From: Candidatus Saccharimonadia bacterium | Lineage (GTDB): Bacteria > Patescibacteriota > Saccharimonadia > UBA4664 | Reading direction: 5' to 3' | Assembly (NCBI GenBank): GCA_038244585.1 | Contig: JBBRTI010000004.1 | Location: forward strand, 1-53,713 | DNA length: 53,713 bases | In this document: positions 44,969 through 53,713 of the stretch, one piece after another | Numbering within the stretch: the stretch's first letter is position 1 | Layout: each line of letters starts with the position of its first letter | Position numbers and translations under genes: made by a program | The notes under the pieces: generated by a model | Database searches by the model: none | What the model saw: the letters and a program-made list of their open reading frames with translations, nothing else | What the model was told of the DNA's origin: nothing

Positions 44969-46106
44969 CACTACCCTCATTTACCGTGTACTTGGAAATA
45001 TTTAACAGAATACCGATCCCGAACAAGGAAATTATCAGACTGGTTCCGCCGTAACTGATGAACGGAAGCGGTATACCCGTCAGCGGAATCAGTGACAACA
45101 TGGCTCCGATGTTGATGACGGCCTGAAACATCATCCACAGGGAAATACCGGTCGCGACCAATCGCGAGAACATATCCGGAGCGCCACGCGCCACTTTGAG
45201 CCCGCGGTATACCAAAAGGCCAAAAAGGCCGATGATCATCAGTGACCCGATCATGCCGAACTCTTCGGCGATGATGGCGAAAATGGAGTCGTTGGCCGCC
45301 TCAGGCAGGTAGCCGTATACCTGGATGCTACGACCCAAGCCCAGACCCAGGATTCCGCCTGAACCAATAGCAATAAGGGCTTGTGAAATGTGATAACCTG
45401 ATCCGGATGAGTCTTTCGTCGGATCAAGAAACGTCGCCAAACGGTCCATACGGTGCGGGAAAGCGATGATAGCCGCCCAACCTGCGGCCAATCCGGTCCC
45501 AACCAAGACAGCCAAATGAGTCCAGCGAATGCCTGCAGCAAAGAACATACCCAACGTCGCCGCTGCCAGTACTGCCATGGTGCCCATATCACGCTGGAAA
45601 ATGACGATGACGAAACAGGCACCGCCCACCATAATAATAAATGGCACCACGCCGTCCCAGAATGACTTCAGTTCATTGGAACGACTCTCAAACCATTTTG
45701 CCAGATAAAGTATAAGCGCAACTTTCATAACCTCGGCCGGTTGGACGGAGAACAGACCCAAATCCAGCCAGCGGGTCGCGCCATATTTAGAATAGCTGAG
45801 TCCGGGGACCATGAGCGCCAGAAGCCCAATTACGGCCGCCACTATGACCCAGTGGGCTTGTTTGCGCCAGAACGTATATGGCATGGCCGTAGCCGCAATC
45901 CACACTACCAGGCCGAATCCGATATATTTAATCTGGTTAAGAAAATAATAATTGCGGTCGGCACTGCCCACGAGCTTATGACTGAGAATCGGGCTGATCG
46001 AATACATCATAACGAGTCCGACAGCCAGCAGTATGGTAACGACGAGAGCAATAACATAATCCGGATGATGCGCCCTTAGCCCCGTACCGGCCTTGGCTAC
46101 CGTCAC
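44883..46106 (-). CDS. ftsW: SEDS peptidoglycan polymerase FtsW
   Basis: GATRWL, QPAE..K, Q.D.G, LPEA.ND.IF, TGIPLPFISYGG; C-tail overlaps murG. Confidence 0.95.
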   Translation of the reverse strand: MTVAKAGTGLRAHHPDYVIALVVTILLAVGLVMMYSISPILSHKLVGSADRNYYFLNQIKYIGFGLVVWIAATAMPYTFWRKQAHWVIVAAVIGLLALMVPGLSYSKYGATRWLDLGLFSVQPAEVMKVALILYLAKWFESRSNELKSFWDGVVPFIIMVGGACFVIVIFQRDMGTMAVLAAATLGMFFAAGIRWTHLAVLVGTGLAAGWAAIIAFPHRMDRLATFLDPTKDSSGSGYHISQALIAIGSGGILGLGLGRSIQVYGYLPEAANDSIFAIIAEEFGMIGSLMIIGLFGLLVYRGLKVARGAPDMFSRLVATGISLWMMFQAVINIGAMLSLIPLTGIPLPFISYGGTSLIISLFGIGILLNISKYTVNEGSDANYSQRRGNSRTYIAGSGSLRRPKVAR

Positions 46107-47158
46107 AGAGCCTTGTCCCCGATCAAAGCCAGCACCAAACCAATCGCCCCAAAGACTTGCCCGATAACCCAGAGACGCATTGTAACTTTGGTTTCCGGCC
46201 AGCCAATCGCCTCAAGATGGTGATGAAGCGGAGCGCTCAAGAAAATCTTGCGTTTGAAAATCTTTTTGGAGGCAATTTGGATGGCGCTCGATCCAGCTTC
46301 AACGACGAATACGGCACAGATAATCGGCAGTACGACGACTGTATTTGTCAGCATAGCCACTACGCCGAGGGTGGTGCCCAGGGCAAACGAGCCGCTGTCC
46401 CCCATGAAGAAGCGCGCCGGATAAATATTGAACCAAGTGTAGGCCAGCATAGCACCGACGACGGTAGCGCAGAAGCCGGCAATACCGTAATTCCCCTGGA
46501 AGTAAGCTATTACCGCATAAACTCCAAAAGCCGTCGACAGCAGGCCGCCGGAGAGCCCGTCCAGGCCGTCGGTAATATTAACGGCGTTGGCAGTTGAGAT
46601 GACCACTAAAATGAATAATGGCACGATTAACCATCCGATATTGAAATCGCCTACGGCCGGCAGATGGATAAGGTTGTAGCCTAATTTGAAATAGAAGTAG
46701 AGCGCTCCAGCCGTCGCCACGGCCATAATGAGGCTGAACTTGATTTTGCCACGCAAGCCCGCTACCCCGAGCCCGTTGCCGCGGATATTGATATAGTCGT
46801 CCAGCAGGCCAACCAGCCCGGCCGCCACCAGAGCAAACAGCGGCAAGTAGGTCTGGCTGCGCGACAGGTTGAACAGTAATGTTACTACAGCGATGGCGAT
46901 AATCATGATTACACCTGCCATAGTCGGGATGTTGCGTTTGTGTTTGGCAGCATGCAGCTTATAGAATATCGGTGCCTTTTCGCCCGTAGTTGCAGTATCT
47001 CGAACCTGCTTCCACCACTTGTATTTGAAGGCTAGTCGCGTGTATACGGGGGTTAGAAGTAAGGCTAGCACAAGCGTGCCAAGTGCCAGCGACGCAATGC
47101 GTGTCAACGAAGTAACTTCTTGAGCATGAATGAAATTGATTGAAGGGATGAGTGACAT
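46103..47158 (-). CDS. mraY: Phospho-N-acetylmuramoyl-pentapeptide transferase
   Basis: PTMAG, GLLDD, NAVNITDGLDGL, FMGDSGS, APLHHH. Confidence 0.96.
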   Translation of the reverse strand: MSLIPSINFIHAQEVTSLTRIASLALGTLVLALLLTPVYTRLAFKYKWWKQVRDTATTGEKAPIFYKLHAAKHKRNIPTMAGVIMIIAIAVVTLLFNLSRSQTYLPLFALVAAGLVGLLDDYINIRGNGLGVAGLRGKIKFSLIMAVATAGALYFYFKLGYNLIHLPAVGDFNIGWLIVPLFILVVISTANAVNITDGLDGLSGGLLSTAFGVYAVIAYFQGNYGIAGFCATVVGAMLAYTWFNIYPARFFMGDSGSFALGTTLGVVAMLTNTVVVLPIICAVFVVEAGSSAIQIASKKIFKRKIFLSAPLHHHLEAIGWPETKVTMRLWVIGQVFGAIGLVLALIGDKAL

Positions 47159-47216
47159 AATTCTTACCTGTCAGTTTACCATATCGTGCAGTTTAAGCGT
47201 AAGCTTTTATACCGAT

Positions 47217-48986
47217 TCAAAGCGTTGGCGGTATGCCATAATATTTGAATAGCCAGTTCGTAATCTTGCCGAATACCGGTACCGTGGTTGACTCCGCGTA
47301 CCCGGGGACCCCCGGCTCGTTGATGCGCACCATAATAACGAACTTAGGATTGTCAGCCGGAGCGAAACCGACGAAAGAACCAATATTGGCTCCGTCAATG
47401 TAGCCTTTGCCGTCCGGCCGCGGTATCTGGGCCGTGCCGGTCTTGCCAGCGATTCTGTAATGCTTGTTGTCACCGATATCGTTGGTGCGATACCCTGAGC
47501 CGTGCTGCACCACGACCTGCAGCATCTGATTGATTTGAGCCGAGGCGGTTGGCGAGATGACATGGTCGCGGATTAGTTTGGGCGGCGCAGCAGCCACTGT
47601 ACCGTCCAGGTTAAGCTCACCTTCCACTAGATGGGGCTGGAACAGTTTTCCCCCGTTCGCTATTGTTCCCATAGCCGAAGCCATTTGGATCATTGTCACG
47701 CTTAATCCCTGCCCAAAAGTCATGTTGGCGTAGTTGATATCATTGCCCGCTTGGCTCGTCGGCTGGTTGACCGAACCCGCCGCCTCGTTGGCCTGCTCGA
47801 TTCCAGTTCGAGTCCCGAAGCCAAAACGCTTGGTGAAATAGTCGTACAGTAGTTTTTTACCGGACAAAGTGAACTTATTATCGTCCCCGCCCAACCGCCG
47901 CAGAACGTACATCACGCCGGTATTTAGGGAGTCACGCAAGACTACCGTCATCGTCTTATTATTGCCTGGCTTATCGCCGGCCGCGTTGCAGACGTTATTG
48001 GCGTCTATCCTGAGGCAGCCCGGATCGTTGTAGGTCGAGTCCGGTGTGACTTTGCCTTGGTCCAGGCCGGCCGCCATAGTGAAGGCTTTCATACCTGAAC
48101 CGGGCTCAAACTGGCTAGTCACCACCTGATTGGTAAAAACGCTGAAATCGGCGGTGCTGCCAAAATTATTCGGATCAAAAGTCGGCCAAGTTGCCATAGC
48201 CCGCACCGCACCGGTATTTGGATCCATAACAACGACGCTTCCCGACTTGGCCTTGGCTGTCTTAATGCCTGCCGCCAGTTCGGCTTCCACCATCGACTGG
48301 ATATTACGGTCGATTGTCAGGACATAATTCTTGCCATTGACCGGTGCTTTCTGGATGTTGTCGGCGGTCGCAATTGGCAGGCCATGAGTATCGGTCTTGG
48401 CCGCCAGCTTGCCGGGAATACCCTTGAGTTGGATATCCAGGTACTGCTCAACTCCATACTGGCCCGCACCGTCTGAGTTGACGAATCCCAGGACCTGCGC
48501 GGCCAACGAGCCCTCCGGGTAGGTCCGGTAATCGTTGTTAGTCATACCGATGCCTGTCAGATTCTCTTTAGTCAATCGCTCCGAAACCGCACTGGCCACA
48601 CGCTGCTCGATGACAGCGTATTCGATGCCGGACTGAAGCCGCTTTAAATAGGTATCGGCCGACCCGCCCAGGATCTGGGCAAGTTTCTGGGCGGCTGCCG
48701 GTTTGTCTTTGACCAGCCGCGGGTCGGCGTAAACCAATTTCAGGGTCTGATTGAGGGCCAACGGTACGTTCTGCGATCCGTCCTTGACGAAAATTTCACC
48801 GCGGGCGGCGGGAATTTCATACTTGCGTGTGTGCTCACTTGAGGCTTTAGCAAAATAATGGCCATGACGGACTACCTGGAGATAAAACAGCCTGGCGCCA
48901 AAAATAAGCGCAAAGACAATTAGCCCCAGCGCCAACGTATCGACGCGTCTGCGTTGAAGGATGGTATCGGTAGAAGAAAGTGCCAT
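47217..48986 (-). CDS. ftsI: Class B penicillin-binding protein (FtsI/PBP2 family)
   Basis: RGEI, R.YP, G.YGVE, LTID, EPGSGMK, SLN, KTGTAQ. Confidence 0.92.
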   Translation of the reverse strand: MALSSTDTILQRRRVDTLALGLIVFALIFGARLFYLQVVRHGHYFAKASSEHTRKYEIPAARGEIFVKDGSQNVPLALNQTLKLVYADPRLVKDKPAAAQKLAQILGGSADTYLKRLQSGIEYAVIEQRVASAVSERLTKENLTGIGMTNNDYRTYPEGSLAAQVLGFVNSDGAGQYGVEQYLDIQLKGIPGKLAAKTDTHGLPIATADNIQKAPVNGKNYVLTIDRNIQSMVEAELAAGIKTAKAKSGSVVVMDPNTGAVRAMATWPTFDPNNFGSTADFSVFTNQVVTSQFEPGSGMKAFTMAAGLDQGKVTPDSTYNDPGCLRIDANNVCNAAGDKPGNNKTMTVVLRDSLNTGVMYVLRRLGGDDNKFTLSGKKLLYDYFTKRFGFGTRTGIEQANEAAGSVNQPTSQAGNDINYANMTFGQGLSVTMIQMASAMGTIANGGKLFQPHLVEGELNLDGTVAAAPPKLIRDHVISPTASAQINQMLQVVVQHGSGYRTNDIGDNKHYRIAGKTGTAQIPRPDGKGYIDGANIGSFVGFAPADNPKFVIMVRINEPGVPGYAESTTVPVFGKITNWLFKYYGIPPTL

Positions 48987-49030
48987 AACTGTTATTACTT
49001 TACCATTAAAGCCCCTTCCCTAGCCTCTTG

Positions 49031-49351
49031 CTATTTGGCGTACGAAACCTGACCGACAGGTACCATGCTTCGGGCCACCGTCGAGTTCTGCGTCGACTGG
49101 ATGGAACCTAGCCGGGCAGACTCAACACCCAAATCGCGGCTTTGCGCCAGAATCGTGTTCTTCTGGGTTTCGAGCTCACTGACTTTGTAACCGAAGACGC
49201 TAGTCTTGGTGACTTGGTTAAGGTACAACAGAGCCAGGACGCTGATGCTGGCGATGACGACGAAAGTTGCTGAAGTAGGACCCAGTTTAAGAGTCGCTGA
49301 CTGGCGGTAAAGATTTTGATTCCTGCGGGCGGTGAGGGTGGCGGATGACAT
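49031..49351 (-). CDS. ftsL: FtsL-like septation protein
   Basis: Short cytoplasmic N-terminus, one TM, coiled coil; between rsmH and ftsI; ggagg SD. Confidence 0.75.
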   Translation of the reverse strand: MSSATLTARRNQNLYRQSATLKLGPTSATFVVIASISVLALLYLNQVTKTSVFGYKVSELETQKNTILAQSRDLGVESARLGSIQSTQNSTVARSMVPVGQVSYAK

Positions 49352-49535
49352 GTATTCGGCCTCCGTCAGCCCGGCGATAAACGTTCGGAAGCATGCAACT
49401 CGCATGTATCCAAGCGTTTAAACCGGCTCTGACTATTTTATTTTTGTATTTTTGAGAAGAGATTTTGGAGAACTTTTTAGGGGTGGTACGGCGCCCTGGT
49501 TTTTTTAGGACGCCGTACCGGTTGGTCGGAGACAG

Positions 49536-49598
49536 TTAGCGCTTGACGCGGATCTTAACTGCTACGATCTTTGAACGGCCCTGTACTTTGATAGACAT
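49536..49598 (-). CDS. Putative 20-aa basic microprotein MSIKVQGRSKIVAVKIRVKR
   Basis: aggaga SD just after the rsmH stop; followed by hairpin 49485-49519. Confidence 0.55.
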   Translation of the reverse strand: MSIKVQGRSKIVAVKIRVKR

Positions 49599-49612
49599 AT
49601 TGTCTCTCCTTT

Positions 49613-50521
49613 TTATTTTTGGTTTTCAGCGGCTCGTAGCTTTGCGCTACGGGCTCGCGGGTTGATAGCTATTTCGGTGGAATCGGCGACGATCGGCTTT
49701 GCGGTAAGTATGCTCAAGCTGGCGTGGTGGCCACAGTTGCAGATGGGTTGCTTGGGCGGACAGATGCAGTCGCGTGACTCGGTATTAAAGAACTCTTTGA
49801 CAATCCGGTCTTCCAGAGAATGGAAGATGATGACGGCAAGCCGTCCTCCCGGACTCAGGATACTGGCAAGAAGCGGCAGCGCCTGCTTAAGCTGTTCTAG
49901 TTCCGCATTAACTTCGATCCGAATCGCCTGAAACGTTTTTGTGGCGGGATCGATGTCTTTGGGTGTAACAGCATGCCGGCGGATGACTTTGGCCAGTCCA
50001 AGGGTGGTAGAGAACGGACGACCGACGACGATGGCATGCGCCACGGCCCTGGCCTTTGGTTCTTCCCCGTACTCGTGGATGATCCTGGCAAGGGTCTTCT
50101 CACTGTACGTATTAACTACGCGGTCGGCGGTCAGCTCCTGGCTCTGATCCATTCTCATGTCCAAGGCCGCATCGGTCTTGAAGCTGAAGCCGCGTTCTAC
50201 GTTGTCAATCTGTGGTGACGATACTCCAAGATCAAGGAGGATCATGTCCGCTAGCGTCCCGTCGGCTTTTAGCCTTTCGGCGGCCTCTAGGTAACTGGCG
50301 TGGATGACCTCTATCCTGTCGCTGAACCTACCGGCCAAGGCCCTGACGGCGTTGGCGTCGCGATCGACGAGTATGGCTCTGCCATCCGGCCCAAGGTGCT
50401 GGATAACGGCCGCCGCGTGGCCGCCGTAACCTGCCGTACCGTCGAGGTAACACTCCCCTTTCTGGGGAGCCAAGACGCGGATGACGCGGTCGAGTAATAC
50501 TGGTTGGTGTGGTGTGTTCAT
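49613..50521 (-). CDS. rsmH: 16S rRNA m4C1402 methyltransferase RsmH
   Basis: HQPVL, DGTAGYGGH, DLGVSS.Q, RGFSF, LDMRM, FHSLEDR, NPRARSAKLR; alternative GTG start 50533. Confidence 0.97.
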   Translation of the reverse strand: MNTPHQPVLLDRVIRVLAPQKGECYLDGTAGYGGHAAAVIQHLGPDGRAILVDRDANAVRALAGRFSDRIEVIHASYLEAAERLKADGTLADMILLDLGVSSPQIDNVERGFSFKTDAALDMRMDQSQELTADRVVNTYSEKTLARIIHEYGEEPKARAVAHAIVVGRPFSTTLGLAKVIRRHAVTPKDIDPATKTFQAIRIEVNAELEQLKQALPLLASILSPGGRLAVIIFHSLEDRIVKEFFNTESRDCICPPKQPICNCGHHASLSILTAKPIVADSTEIAINPRARSAKLRAAENQK

Positions 50522-50529
50522 TTTTAAGG

Positions 50530-50973
50530 TCACCTGTTTGGCAGCCAGCTTTTTGTTTGAGACATTTTTGTTTTTTGACGGTTGACTACCGCTGGAGTGG
50601 AGTTTGTGACTAGGCGATGGAGTGCGCCTTGGCCAATGTTTTGGTAAGGAATTATCGTGTGATAATTCCTAAAAGTGTGTGTTGTGAGGTGGAGTTTATG
50701 AAAGAGGTTCGAGGCTTTATTGACGGAAAGCCTATAGACCGTTTTGCTGGCAACCAAACAGCTGCCCTTAAAATGTTTGTTTTGGGTTTTTAAGGTTCGC
50801 TGGCTGTTAAGTATTACGTGGTTCAACAAAACTAATCGTTGGTCGATGCGTAGTTTTGTCTGGTTAGTGTTTTTGGTGGTGCGTTTGTTTTGAGGCGGCT
50901 GATGTTGCGCCCTAATCACTGACTCAAGTATAAGCGTTATGAGTTGTAGATGTCTAGTGGTTTTTCGCGCCAT
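50530..50973 (-). CDS. Orphan basic 147-aa ORF in the usual mraZ position
   Basis: gaaagga SD before ATG; TGA overlaps rsmH in-frame GTG; no MraZ motifs; biased composition. Confidence 0.35.
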   Translation of the reverse strand: MARKTTRHLQLITLILESVIRAQHQPPQNKRTTKNTNQTKLRIDQRLVLLNHVILNSQRTLKTQNKHFKGSCLVASKTVYRLSVNKASNLFHKLHLTTHTFRNYHTIIPYQNIGQGALHRLVTNSTPAVVNRQKTKMSQTKSWLPNR

Positions 50974-51237
50974 TAATTTATCCTTTCAAAGCCATAATAA
51001 TGGCTTGGCAAAGATATTTTCTTGAAATAGTTCATTTTGCCTCTCCCCTATATCATTATTTTGAGGAAGATATCCACACGTGACTAACATTTTTCGTTCA
51101 TAATCAGGTCAGGTATTGAACTTGTATAAAGTTGGCAGGTGTGACCCGGCTTAGCTTCAACTCGGACGGTTATATTATCATAATTTCGTCCAAAAAACAA
51201 GCCACGCAAGCGGCTACAGTATATTGACCAAAATAGA

Positions 51238-51262
51238 AAAAAGACCCCGAAGGGTCTCTTTC
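51238..51262 (-). terminator. Intrinsic terminator after LPDTG surface protein gene
   Basis: aaaaagaccc-cgaa-gggtctcttt; cUUCGg loop on minus strand. Confidence 0.75.
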
Positions 51263-51350
51263 TATTTTGGATGTCTTGCGACAAGCGCCAATTTACATGT
51301 TCCGGGGCCGAAGCCCCGCAACCGTATGATCAAGTACGAGCTGTGTGCTG

Positions 51351-52901
51351 TTACTTGCGGCGAAGCGAAGCAACGAGGCTCTTGCGCGAACGGATGTAGG
51401 CGCTGGCAGCATAGCCAATGCCACCGAGTCCGGCAGCGCCGGCCAATGCACCTTCGGCACCCGTATCAGGGAGCGTAGATGAGCTAAGAACGGAAGGCGT
51501 CTGTGTCGGAGTCGGGGTTGGTGTTGCGCCTACGGTCAGCTGGGCTGAACATACGCTAACTACCGCCGTGGTTCCGGCCGAGGTAACGACCTGGCCTTCA
51601 ACAGTATAGCTTCCTGCTTTCTTAAACATATACGTGATCTGCTTGTGGTCCTTATCGCTGGTAACGACATCATGCGCACCAGTCGAATCGGTGATGGTAA
51701 AGATGTAACCGGTGACGGTAACGTTCTTTACAACCGGCTGAAGTGTGAAGGTATACTTCAGGACTTCACCAGGGACCTGAGTCATTACCAGACCGCCACA
51801 GGAGAACTCTTCGCTAGGCGTGGGAGTTGGTGTGGGGGTCGGAGTTGTAGACGGAGTGGGTGTGGGTGTTGGTGTTGGTGTTGGTGTTGGCGTTGGGGTT
51901 GGCGTTGGTGTTGGGGTGGGTGTTGGTGTTGGGGTGGGTGTGGGGGTAGGTGTAGGTGTTGCCGGAGGCGAAACTACCTTTATGACCGCGGTATCACAAC
52001 CGCTCTGGGCAGCATCGGCAGCTAGGCAGGCCTTGTTGACGATGAACGCACCAGTAGTGGTGGAGGTAACTACGACGTTTATTTCAGCCTGCAACGAGCC
52101 ACCAGCCGGGATAGTACCCAGATTGTGCTCGATGTGACGGCTGGGTGAACCATTAGCCAAGGACACACCGGCCGGAAGGTCGTCAGTAAAGACGACGTTC
52201 GTCATTGGGGCGGTGCCCTGGTTGTTGATACGAACAAGGTACTTGACCTTGTCACCGGTACGGACTGCTACGGCATTGGCGTTATCGTCGGCCGCGTAAT
52301 CCTTGGTAGGATCAACCGTGACGTTAACGACGCGCTTGAAAATCTGGCCGAACGGCTTGTTCAGGACTTTGATGGGGTTGCCACACGCCTTCAGGACAGC
52401 GTAGTGGAACGTGTTGCCCTCCATATTGACGAAAGCTGCCAACTCCGGACTCAGGAACGATACGGACGGCGGTCGCATGAATACGCTGCCATCGGGCTGT
52501 GAGCCGGGAATGAACTGACGGCCGGAGCTCCAGACGTTAGTCGCAACGACTTTGCCGTTAACAATGACATCACCTGATTTAGTGACGACGCCGTCGACGG
52601 TTGAGGCGCTCATGAAGTTGGCTTCGGTAATACCGCGGCCTTCGTTGTAGTAGATATGCTTTAGGTTGGCCGAAGTATTGACGATTTTACCAGTACTGTC
52701 AGTCGAACCATTATTGACTTTGGTAAGCCATTCGGTCTTGGAATAGGCTCCGTTGTACATGATGGCATTCATGTCATTGTCGCGAGGGCCGTTTGATGTA
52801 GTGGCGACTACCTGGGCGACGGGAATGGCAAAACCGACGAGCACGATGGCGACGCCGACCATTTTTGTCCAACGGGAGCGGATTAGCTGTGAGAAAGACA
52901 T
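51351..52901 (-). CDS. LPXTG-anchored surface protein (signal peptide, DUF11-like domain, PT linker, PKD/Ig-like domain)
   Basis: GDKVKYLVRINNQG...TDDLPAG; (PT)n; LPDTG + hydrophobic helix + RRK; aaggagg SD. Confidence 0.9.
   Translation of the reverse strand: MSFSQLIRSRWTKMVGVAIVLVGFAIPVAQVVATTSNGPRDNDMNAIMYNGAYSKTEWLTKVNNGSTDSTGKIVNTSANLKHIYYNEGRGITEANFMSASTVDGVVTKSGDVIVNGKVVATNVWSSGRQFIPGSQPDGSVFMRPPSVSFLSPELAAFVNMEGNTFHYAVLKACGNPIKVLNKPFGQIFKRVVNVTVDPTKDYAADDNANAVAVRTGDKVKYLVRINNQGTAPMTNVVFTDDLPAGVSLANGSPSRHIEHNLGTIPAGGSLQAEINVVVTSTTTGAFIVNKACLAADAAQSGCDTAVIKVVSPPATPTPTPTPTPTPTPTPTPTPTPTPTPTPTPTPTPTPSTTPTPTPTPTPSEEFSCGGLVMTQVPGEVLKYTFTLQPVVKNVTVTGYIFTITDSTGAHDVVTSDKDHKQITYMFKKAGSYTVEGQVVTSAGTTAVVSVCSAQLTVGATPTPTPTQTPSVLSSSTLPDTGAEGALAGAAGLGGIGYAASAYIRSRKSLVASLRRK
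51818..51960 (-). repeat. Degenerate 6-bp coding repeat encoding a (Pro-Thr)n linker
   Basis: ggtgtt/ggcgtt/ggggtg hexamer run. Confidence 0.95.
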
Positions 52902-53036
52902 TGGTTCCTCCTTTGAAACGGTTAGTCTATTAGGAATATGGGATCAAAACAATATGTTTGTGATTAGTTAGAATTTATTAATTGGTTGTGAAGGTGCCCT
53001 GTCCGGGTAAGGTGGATAGTCAAAGGTAAACAAATG

Positions 53037-53287
53037 GTTCCACGGAGGAGGAGAAAGTGATGGTATCACCACCTCTCCTCCCCGCGGAGCGTCGCCCTGA
53101 CGGGCGAAGCATGGTAGCTTATACGCGACGGATCGCGTGTTTGCAGACGCTCACACCCATGAGTTTGGGTGGTGTGCTGCGGCGGTTAAGCCTCCCTGCA
53201 TGGGATAACCCGGTTACGGACCGGCAACCGTAAAGCGTGTGCTGTTACTGCTGCCCGCTCGAGACGGGGTCAATCCAAGCGGTTGGA
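53037..53287. ncRNA. Putative structured non-coding element: about ten consecutive hairpins
   Basis: Abutting inverted repeats (listed in findings); GC-rich intergenic DNA. Confidence 0.45.
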
Positions 53288-53292
53288 CTCTA

Positions 53293-53713
53293 CTATCCGA
53301 AGCTTATGACCGTGCCCGGGTTGGACACGTCAACGTTGTTCTGGCCGACTGGAGTGGCGCCGCCGGCAGCTGTGCCGCCAGCAACACGCTGGTCAATGAC
53401 GGGGTCGCCCGTAGTGCCGCCCTTTGAGAGGGGGCCATCAGTGGCACCAACAAAATTGTTGATCGGACCGGCTGCTGGGGTCTGAACGACCGGCGGAGGA
53501 GGCAGAAGCGGGTGGTTGGCTGCCGGCGGCGGTGCTGAAATCGGAAGGTCAGCGGCCGGAGGCGGGATTTTGGCGGTCGGGAGCAGCTGTGTCTTGACGC
53601 CGTTGTTCGGCTGCGGCTTCGCGGTTGCGACCAATTGCGTCTTGACACCGTTGTTCGGCTGCGGCTTCGCGGTTGTGGCCGATTGCGTCTTGACGACGTT
53701 GTTCGGCTGCGGC
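53293..53713 (-). CDS. 5'-truncated Pro/Gly-rich repeat protein
   Basis: Frame open to window edge; 16-aa repeats PQPNNGVKTQxxxTAK; tandem TAG TAG stop. Confidence 0.7.
   Translation of the reverse strand, partial: PQPNNVVKTQSATTAKPQPNNGVKTQLVATAKPQPNNGVKTQLLPTAKIPPPAADLPISAPPPAANHPLLPPPPVVQTPAAGPINNFVGATDGPLSKGGTTGDPVIDQRVAGGTAAGGATPVGQNNVDVSNPGTVISFG
53570..53713 (-). repeat. Three 48-bp tandem coding repeats
   Basis: gccgcagccgaacaacg..gtcaagac recurs with period 48. Confidence 0.9.

Noticed and set aside
51060-51160. RNase P-like fragments (gaggaag..., acccggctta), also considered for 53003-53220
   Set aside because: No GAGGAAAGUCC element and spacing incompatible with RNase P RNA

Overview
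Chromosomal segment of a bacterium whose gene set suggests Patescibacteria/CPR, most likely Saccharibacteria. This is inferred from the minimal dcw cluster rsmH-ftsL-ftsI-mraY-ftsW-murG-ftsQ, alpha2-type GlyRS, a membrane-anchored Clp ATPase, a sigma4/HTH protein next to a VirD4-like ATPase, and stand-alone receiver proteins. Most of the window is housekeeping: dprA, dus, DEAD-box helicase, topA, class A PBP, prfB, ftsEX, CHAP hydrolase, S41 protease, pyrG, rpmA, xseAB, GAF/PAS kinase, recO, glyQS and a YvcK-family gene. Pro-rich repeat proteins sit at both ends; two carry sorting signals, and a class F sortase is present. No rRNA, tRNA, CRISPR array, integrase or transposase was seen. The most interesting signals are regulatory or small: (1) a ~220-nt structured RNA with its own promoter and terminator carrying C-rich anti-Shine-Dalgarno motifs; (2) a monocistronic 74-aa Sm/Hfq-like gene; (3) a cassette of two paralogous PD-(D/E)xK-like proteins interleaved with short peptide ORFs and terminators; (4) a ~250-nt array of back-to-back hairpins upstream of an LPDTG surface protein; (5) an unrelated 147-codon ORF in the usual mraZ position and a 20-aa microprotein after rsmH; (6) many apparently leaderless genes; (7) a probable ATT start codon. 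All calls were made by eye; no searches were run.
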